From positions 1 to 52,904 of the forward strand of contig CADBNB010000204.1 in NCBI GenBank assembly GCA_902795895.1: a stretch of 52,904 nucleotides of DNA, written 5' to 3'. The position numbers were made by a program, and so were the translations under genes. Below, one piece after another: positions 47,849 to 52,904 of the stretch. How positions within the stretch are numbered: the stretch's first letter is position 1; every line of letters begins with the position of its first letter. Under the pieces are notes generated by a model. The model was not told the DNA's origin. It did no database searches and saw only the letters and a program-made list of their open reading frames with translations. The DNA comes from an uncultured Lachnospiraceae bacterium. GTDB taxonomy: Bacteria; Bacillota; Clostridia; Lachnospirales; Lachnospiraceae.

Positions 47849-48714
47849 GTATGAAATATATTTCTTTGATTCAATCAAGGATGAAAAAATACAAAACGTT
47901 ACGTACAAACAAGAATACAAGTCGATTGTTGGATGGATCCTATACTTCGATTTATAAGGGACGAAGTCTGGATTTCAATGAGTTAAGAGAATATATTCCT
48001 GGGGATGATGTAAAAGATATCAGTTGGAATGCATCTTCAAGAAGCAATAAAATTTTAGTAAAACAATATGTAGCAGAAAAAAAACATAATATTATGTTGG
48101 TACTTGATACAAACCGAAGAATGTTAGCCTACACCAGTGAGTCAGAGGAAAAAAGAGAAGCTGCACTGATAAGTGCAGGGACTTTGGCATACTTAGTAAA
48201 TCAAAATGGTGACTATACAGGTGCTGTTTTCTCTACTGCTCATCATGTACGTCAAATTCCATTAAAAACAGGTTTGGGAAATGTGGAGTTTATTTTGGAA
48301 CAGTATCATAAAGCTACAACGGATGAAAATAAATCAAATTTAAATGATACATTGGATTATATTGTTAGAAATATGAGAAAGAAAATGATTATTGTTTTAG
48401 TTACTGATTTACAGGGGGCAAGTGAAATTTCGGAGACAAATCTGAAACGTATACAAGTGATGAATGATGTTGCTTTAATCACTATTGGAGATGTTGATAT
48501 GTTTGGAGAAAATGTATACAACATGGAAAATAATGATTATTTGCCGGCATTTTTATCTACAGACGAAAAACTCAAAGAAAGACAAATTGAAAGACGGCGT
48601 TTGTTAGAAGAAAAATGTGAAGAAAAATACACGTCGTTTGGTATCCCTAGAGTTCATATTGAAGGAACGAATGAGATTGATTTGTCAATTGTAAAGTTAT
48701 TTTCAAGAAAGTAG
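47845..48714 (+). CDS. DUF58-family protein (MoxR partner, vWA-like fold)
   Basis: ATGA overlap with the MoxR gene. GRSLDFNELREYIPGDDVKDISWNASSRSNKILVKQY is the DUF58 signature. Confidence 0.85.
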   Translation: MSMKYISLIQSRMKKYKTLRTNKNTSRLLDGSYTSIYKGRSLDFNELREYIPGDDVKDISWNASSRSNKILVKQYVAEKKHNIMLVLDTNRRMLAYTSESEEKREAALISAGTLAYLVNQNGDYTGAVFSTAHHVRQIPLKTGLGNVEFILEQYHKATTDENKSNLNDTLDYIVRNMRKKMIIVLVTDLQGASEISETNLKRIQVMNDVALITIGDVDMFGENVYNMENNDYLPAFLSTDEKLKERQIERRRLLEEKCEEKYTSFGIPRVHIEGTNEIDLSIVKLFSRK

Positions 48715-48729
48715 AGAGAGGAAAAAATT

Positions 48730-49218
48730 ATGATAAATAATTCATTAATTGAAAATATTAGTGTACCATTGCAGGAGCCTTTTTCTTATTCCTTGATACC
48801 TGTTATTATTTCGGCAATTATTAGTGTACTTGGAATTATCGCAATTGTTGTTTTATACATCAAAAAACATCCGAAAAAAGCTAAAATTGTCATAAGAGAA
48901 ACGACGGTTAATGAAAGAAATCAGATAAAATTGAAATATATTCAAAGGCTTAACCAGTTGTTGCAGATGGTTTCTTCGGGACAAATGGCACCCAAAATTG
49001 CATATCAGAGTTTAAGTATGTGTATCCGTGAGTTTGTATATGAAATGACAGGAATAGAAGCTCAAAAGTATACGTTACAGGATATAAAGCAACTTAGATT
49101 ACCAATACTTGAGATGCTAATCTCTGAATACTATGTTCCGGAATTTTCCATGAGTGCAGAAGGAGATATTCAGCAATCAATTGAAAAAACGAGAAGGATA
49201 ATTGAACAATGGATGTAA
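48730..49218 (+). CDS. Single-pass membrane protein at the DUF4381-like position of Bat operons
   Basis: One TM helix (LIPVIISAIISVLGIIAIVVLYI). Its position between the DUF58 and vWA genes matches Bat-type operons. The family assignment rests on position only. Confidence 0.6.
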   Translation: MINNSLIENISVPLQEPFSYSLIPVIISAIISVLGIIAIVVLYIKKHPKKAKIVIRETTVNERNQIKLKYIQRLNQLLQMVSSGQMAPKIAYQSLSMCIREFVYEMTGIEAQKYTLQDIKQLRLPILEMLISEYYVPEFSMSAEGDIQQSIEKTRRIIEQWM

Positions 49219-51152
49219 AATATAGAATAGTAATAGCGCTTGGAGTAGCGCTTTGTGTAGTATTGCTTTTCTTGAAAAAAAAGGCAAAGAAAAGTTATCT
49301 TGGAGGAAAAAAAGTAATTGGATTATCAGATTTACAACAGGATGAGTATTTTATAAGAAAAATGCAGCAGTATAATATCCTTAGATGGATAAGAAATGGA
49401 GCTGCGTTGTTAGTTATCCTATTATGTGCAGTATTAATTGCAAGACCATATACTACAGAAATAAAGCAGGAAGAAAAGTATGGTCGTGACATTATTTTAT
49501 GTATGGATATGTCACTTTCTGTTATAAATTTGAATGAAGAGATTGTTCATAATTTTAGAGAAACGGTAAAACAATTGCATGGTGAGAGGGTTGGCGTAAT
49601 TTTCTTCAATTGTACCAGTGTATTGATGTCTCCATTAACGGATGACTATGAATATATTGATGAAATTCTTGAGAATGCTGAAATTGGTTGTCAGACCGGG
49701 GCAAAATATTGGGATGGAGAATCACTTAGTTCTGAATTAGATGATAATGAAGAAGATTTGAAAAAATTTAACTATATTTACGATGGCACAGCGGAAGATA
49801 ATGGTAATAGAGGAAGCTCTTTGATTGCTGACGGTTTGGTAAATGCAGTATATAATTTTTCAAATTTGGAAGAAAAAAGAACCAGGGTTGTGATATTTTC
49901 AACAGACAATCAGGCAGAAGGAAGTTCGTTAGTAACGTTATCTGAAGCTGCTGATATTTGCAAGGAAAATAATGTGGTTGTATATGGTGTTGGAACAAAA
50001 GGAATGGAATCGAAAAATAAAGCATCATTAGAACAATGTGTAAAAGCTACCGGTGGAGAATTATTTGTCCAAGGGGAAAGTGGAACTGTTTCAAAAATTG
50101 TTAATAATATCGAGGGCTTGTCTAAAAGTCTGATTAAGGGAAGAGAACAAAGAATTGAACGTGAGAAACCACTTATACCAACGGTAATCATGTTAATCTT
50201 TTTGTTTATGGCAATTGGACTTACTGTGTATACAGAAGGAATGAAGAAAAAGAATGTAGATAAAATCATTGCGATTGTGATGGTTTTGTTGGCAATTGTA
50301 ATAGCTGTTCGACCTACATTGCCTAAAGGAAAAATTGCAAGCGATGAAAAGAAACTTGAAGCAAATGTATTTTTGGTTATGGATAGAACCGTCAGTATGG
50401 ATGCCGTAGACGGAAGGAATGGTAGTCGCCTAAAGGATATGAAAGAAGATGTGGAAAATATTGTTGATAAACTGAATGGAGCAAGATTTTCTATAATCAC
50501 ATTTGATAATACTGCGAAGAAATTATTTCCGTGTACAGACGATTATGAAATTGTTAAAAATGCCATTTCGAACATTAGAACTGTTGATGATTTTTACGGT
50601 AAAGGATCTACGCTTAATGTTGTAAAAGATGAATTGTCTAAATCATTAAAATCACAAAAAGAACATAGCGATTATCCGACAGTTGTTTTTGTGTTATCTG
50701 ATGGTGAAATAACAAACGATGAAGAGCTTACTTCTTTTAGCGACTTAGAGGAGACTATTGATTACGGTGCTGTTTTAGGGTATGGAACAAAGCAAGGCGC
50801 AGAAATGAAACATCTGTCCTACTATGATGAAAATACTTATGATACAATATATGATAAAACTAACAATTATGAAATAGCAATATCAAAACTTGATGAAGAT
50901 AATTTAAATAATCTTTCATCAGATTTGGGAATTGATTATGTTCACATGGAAAAAAAGTCAGATATAAATGCTACACTTGATAATATATTGAAAAATTGTA
51001 AAGTGATAAATGAAAAAGGGGAAGTAGACGGTTCTACAGAAACTTATTATATTTTTGCAATTATTTTGTTGGGATTGATGGTTGTGTTTTATTATAGAAA
51101 TCTTATGCGAAACAGTGTTAACGGTGTGAAAGAAAGGAAAAATGATATATGA
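49209..51152 (+). CDS. Double von Willebrand factor A membrane protein (fused BatA/BatB-like)
   Basis: Two vWA modules, each with a MIDAS-like DxSxS (CMDMSLS and VMDRTVS). There are TM helices at the N-terminus, between the modules and at the C-terminus. It overlaps the upstream gene by 10 nt. Confidence 0.85.
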   Translation: MDVKYRIVIALGVALCVVLLFLKKKAKKSYLGGKKVIGLSDLQQDEYFIRKMQQYNILRWIRNGAALLVILLCAVLIARPYTTEIKQEEKYGRDIILCMDMSLSVINLNEEIVHNFRETVKQLHGERVGVIFFNCTSVLMSPLTDDYEYIDEILENAEIGCQTGAKYWDGESLSSELDDNEEDLKKFNYIYDGTAEDNGNRGSSLIADGLVNAVYNFSNLEEKRTRVVIFSTDNQAEGSSLVTLSEAADICKENNVVVYGVGTKGMESKNKASLEQCVKATGGELFVQGESGTVSKIVNNIEGLSKSLIKGREQRIEREKPLIPTVIMLIFLFMAIGLTVYTEGMKKKNVDKIIAIVMVLLAIVIAVRPTLPKGKIASDEKKLEANVFLVMDRTVSMDAVDGRNGSRLKDMKEDVENIVDKLNGARFSIITFDNTAKKLFPCTDDYEIVKNAISNIRTVDDFYGKGSTLNVVKDELSKSLKSQKEHSDYPTVVFVLSDGEITNDEELTSFSDLEETIDYGAVLGYGTKQGAEMKHLSYYDENTYDTIYDKTNNYEIAISKLDEDNLNNLSSDLGIDYVHMEKKSDINATLDNILKNCKVINEKGEVDGSTETYYIFAIILLGLMVVFYYRNLMRNSVNGVKERKNDI

Positions 51153-51829
51153 GAAAAGCTAGTGTAATTATTACTGTATTAGCTTTAGTGGCTCTTATGA
51201 TATTTTCAGTTGCGTATTTTTCTAATGAAGAATGGATTCGTAATTACAATGACGGAAATTATCAAAAAAATGCATATTCATTTTGGGGATTTACACAGCC
51301 TGTGGTGACTTTGTACAACGAGGGAAATGCTTGTTTCCAAACGGGACAATATGAAGCGGCTAAAACGAAATATGAGAAAGCTTTAGAGGCGGTTCATACT
51401 TCAAGGCAGGATTGTGATATTCGAATTAATCTGGCATTAGCGATGGTTGCTGGCATTGATTTGGATAACATGGATGATAAAAAGGAAATAAAAGATAAAT
51501 TAGAAAAAGCAAAAGATGTAATAAAAGAAAATGGATATGCAAAAGAAGATGGAACCGGAAGCGACAAAGATGCACAAAAGCTTTTGGACGAAATAAATGT
51601 GCTTCTTAAGCAGATGGATGAGGAAAAAGAGCAGGAAAAAGAAGAAGAAAAAAAGAATGAAGAGCCGGAAGATGAGCAAAAGAAAAAAGAAAAATCAGGT
51701 GAAGAATTAAAAGAAAAGTATAGACAAATGCAAAAAGAAAGTACAGAAGCAAGAGAAAAAATGATGGAGAGTAGAGAGAGTTTTTCTAAAATTGACGAGG
51801 CTATAGATTTCGAAGGAAAGACGTGGTAA
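51149..51829 (+). CDS. TM-anchored TPR-like protein with a Lys/Glu-rich tail (BatC-like)
   Basis: ATGA overlap with the upstream gene. N-terminal TM helix, the TPR-like helix pair YNEGNACFQTGQYEAAKTKYEKALEA, and a highly charged EKEQEKEEEKKNEEPEDEQKKKEK tail. Confidence 0.7.
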   Translation: MRKASVIITVLALVALMIFSVAYFSNEEWIRNYNDGNYQKNAYSFWGFTQPVVTLYNEGNACFQTGQYEAAKTKYEKALEAVHTSRQDCDIRINLALAMVAGIDLDNMDDKKEIKDKLEKAKDVIKENGYAKEDGTGSDKDAQKLLDEINVLLKQMDEEKEQEKEEEKKNEEPEDEQKKKEKSGEELKEKYRQMQKESTEAREKMMESRESFSKIDEAIDFEGKTW

Positions 51830-51833
51830 AAAT

Positions 51834-52904
51834 ATGAAGGGCTCAAAAAAATTAACAGAAGGCAATGTGGCAAAACAATTAGTATTCTTTGCTTTGCCGT
51901 ATTTATGCTCCTGCTTTTTGCAGACTCTATATGGAATTGTGGATTTGGCAGTAGTGGGAGCCTATAATGGTAAAACAACCACTTCGGCTGTAGCAAACGG
52001 AAGTCAGGTAACGCATATGTTGACCGTAATTATTGCTGGACTAGTCATGGGTGTGACAGTCAGAGTAGGGCAAAATATGGGAGCAGGTGAACTGAAAAAA
52101 ATAAAGAAAACATTAGGGGCATCTATTCGTGCCTTTAGTGTTTTTATGACGATTATTACCATTGTTTTAGTGGTTTTCTCTTATAATATTGTTTTACTTG
52201 TGCAAATTCCAAAAGAAGCAGTGCAGGAAACTTGGTATTATTTATTGATTTGTTTTATCGGTGTTCCTTTTATTGTCATATACAACTACATTAGCGGCGT
52301 GTTTCGAGGAATGGGAGATTCCAAACGTCCTATGTTGTTTGTTATGGTTGCGTGCGGAATAAATGTGGTTTTAGATTTCGCACTTGTTGGCGGATTAGGT
52401 TTGGGAGCCGTAGGAGCAGCCCTTGCAACTGTTTTGGGACAGGCAGTGAGTGTGCTGATTTCTATTATTGCTTTTTTAAAACATCCGGTTTTGGGAAAAT
52501 TAAAGAAAGAAGACATTGTAAAAGACAAAGAGGAAAATGGCTTCATTTGGAAAGTTGGCATTCCAATTTCTATGCAGGATGGGTTTATTCAGATTGCTTT
52601 TATAAGTATATCTGTCATTGCAAATTGGCGAGGTCTGGATACAAGTGCAGCGGTTGGTATTGTAGAAAAAATCATTGGATTTTTGTTTTTGGTGCCATCT
52701 GCGTATTTAGCTGCCATTTCTGCGTTTACGGCGCAAAATGCTGGTGCAGGAAAAATAGAAAGAGCAAGAAAAGCCCTTGCAATCGGTATTTGTATTACGG
52801 TAGGCTGGGGTGTAATCTGTACAATTTTTGGACAGATGTTCCCTGAATATTTTGTAGGTATGTTTACGAAAGATTCTGATGTTAGAATGCTTGGTGCAGG
52901 GTAT
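51834..52904 (+). CDS. MATE-family efflux transporter (3' end truncated by the window edge)
   Basis: Not in the ORF track because no stop codon is reached. Hand translation from the ATG at 51834 gives MKGSKKLTEGNVAKQLVFFALPYLCSCFLQTLYGIVDLAVVG...FRGMGDSKRPM, a typical MATE pattern. The frame stays open to the last base. Confidence 0.85.
   Translation, partial: MKGSKKLTEGNVAKQLVFFALPYLCSCFLQTLYGIVDLAVVGAYNGKTTTSAVANGSQVTHMLTVIIAGLVMGVTVRVGQNMGAGELKKIKKTLGASIRAFSVFMTIITIVLVVFSYNIVLLVQIPKEAVQETWYYLLICFIGVPFIVIYNYISGVFRGMGDSKRPMLFVMVACGINVVLDFALVGGLGLGAVGAALATVLGQAVSVLISIIAFLKHPVLGKLKKEDIVKDKEENGFIWKVGIPISMQDGFIQIAFISISVIANWRGLDTSAAVGIVEKIIGFLFLVPSAYLAAISAFTAQNAGAGKIERARKALAIGICITVGWGVICTIFGQMFPEYFVGMFTKDSDVRMLGAGY

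Noticed and set aside
52352-52846. 164-aa Cys/Arg/Trp-rich plus-strand ORF
   Set aside because: It is an alternative frame of the MATE transporter gene, whose frame from 51834 gives a clean MATE sequence. The composition is implausible for a real protein.

Overview
Low-GC Firmicutes chromosomal segment (Clostridia/Lachnospiraceae-like by protein content) with about 46 protein genes, mostly on the + strand. I found no rRNA, tRNA, CRISPR array or intact mobile element. Recognisable housekeeping genes are truA, leuS, purF, purB, purA, ftsK, fhs, a GH3 NagZ-like hydrolase, a Zur-type repressor with a Znu-like ABC importer, a TetR/flavin-oxidoreductase/SDR module, a Cache-type MCP, a GuaD-like deaminase, a rhomboid protease, a receiver-HD-GYP protein, a GPH-type symporter and a GH25 muramidase. 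Three clusters stand out. (1) 14.9-22.9 kb is a tightly coupled six-gene operon of unknown function: a 1200-aa giant protein, a degenerate Hsp70/actin-like protein, a TPR protein, a coiled-coil membrane protein, a membrane-anchored GNAT and a 76-aa protein. This is my best candidate for an undescribed system. (2) 40.0-42.8 kb holds two tandem RimK-type ATP-grasp ligases, an unlisted 58-aa acidic four-Cys ORF and a membrane-anchored C39-like peptidase. (3) 46.9-51.8 kb is a MoxR/DUF58/vWA Bat-like operon with a fused double-vWA membrane protein, read straight into a MATE gene. Smaller observations include a divergent XRE/Cro-like pair beside a secreted nuclease, a repeat-bracketed GC-rich hairpin module, a palindromic operator on the zur promoter and a terminator-like hairpin in the purF leader. 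All calls rest on by-eye motif recognition, and no database search was run.
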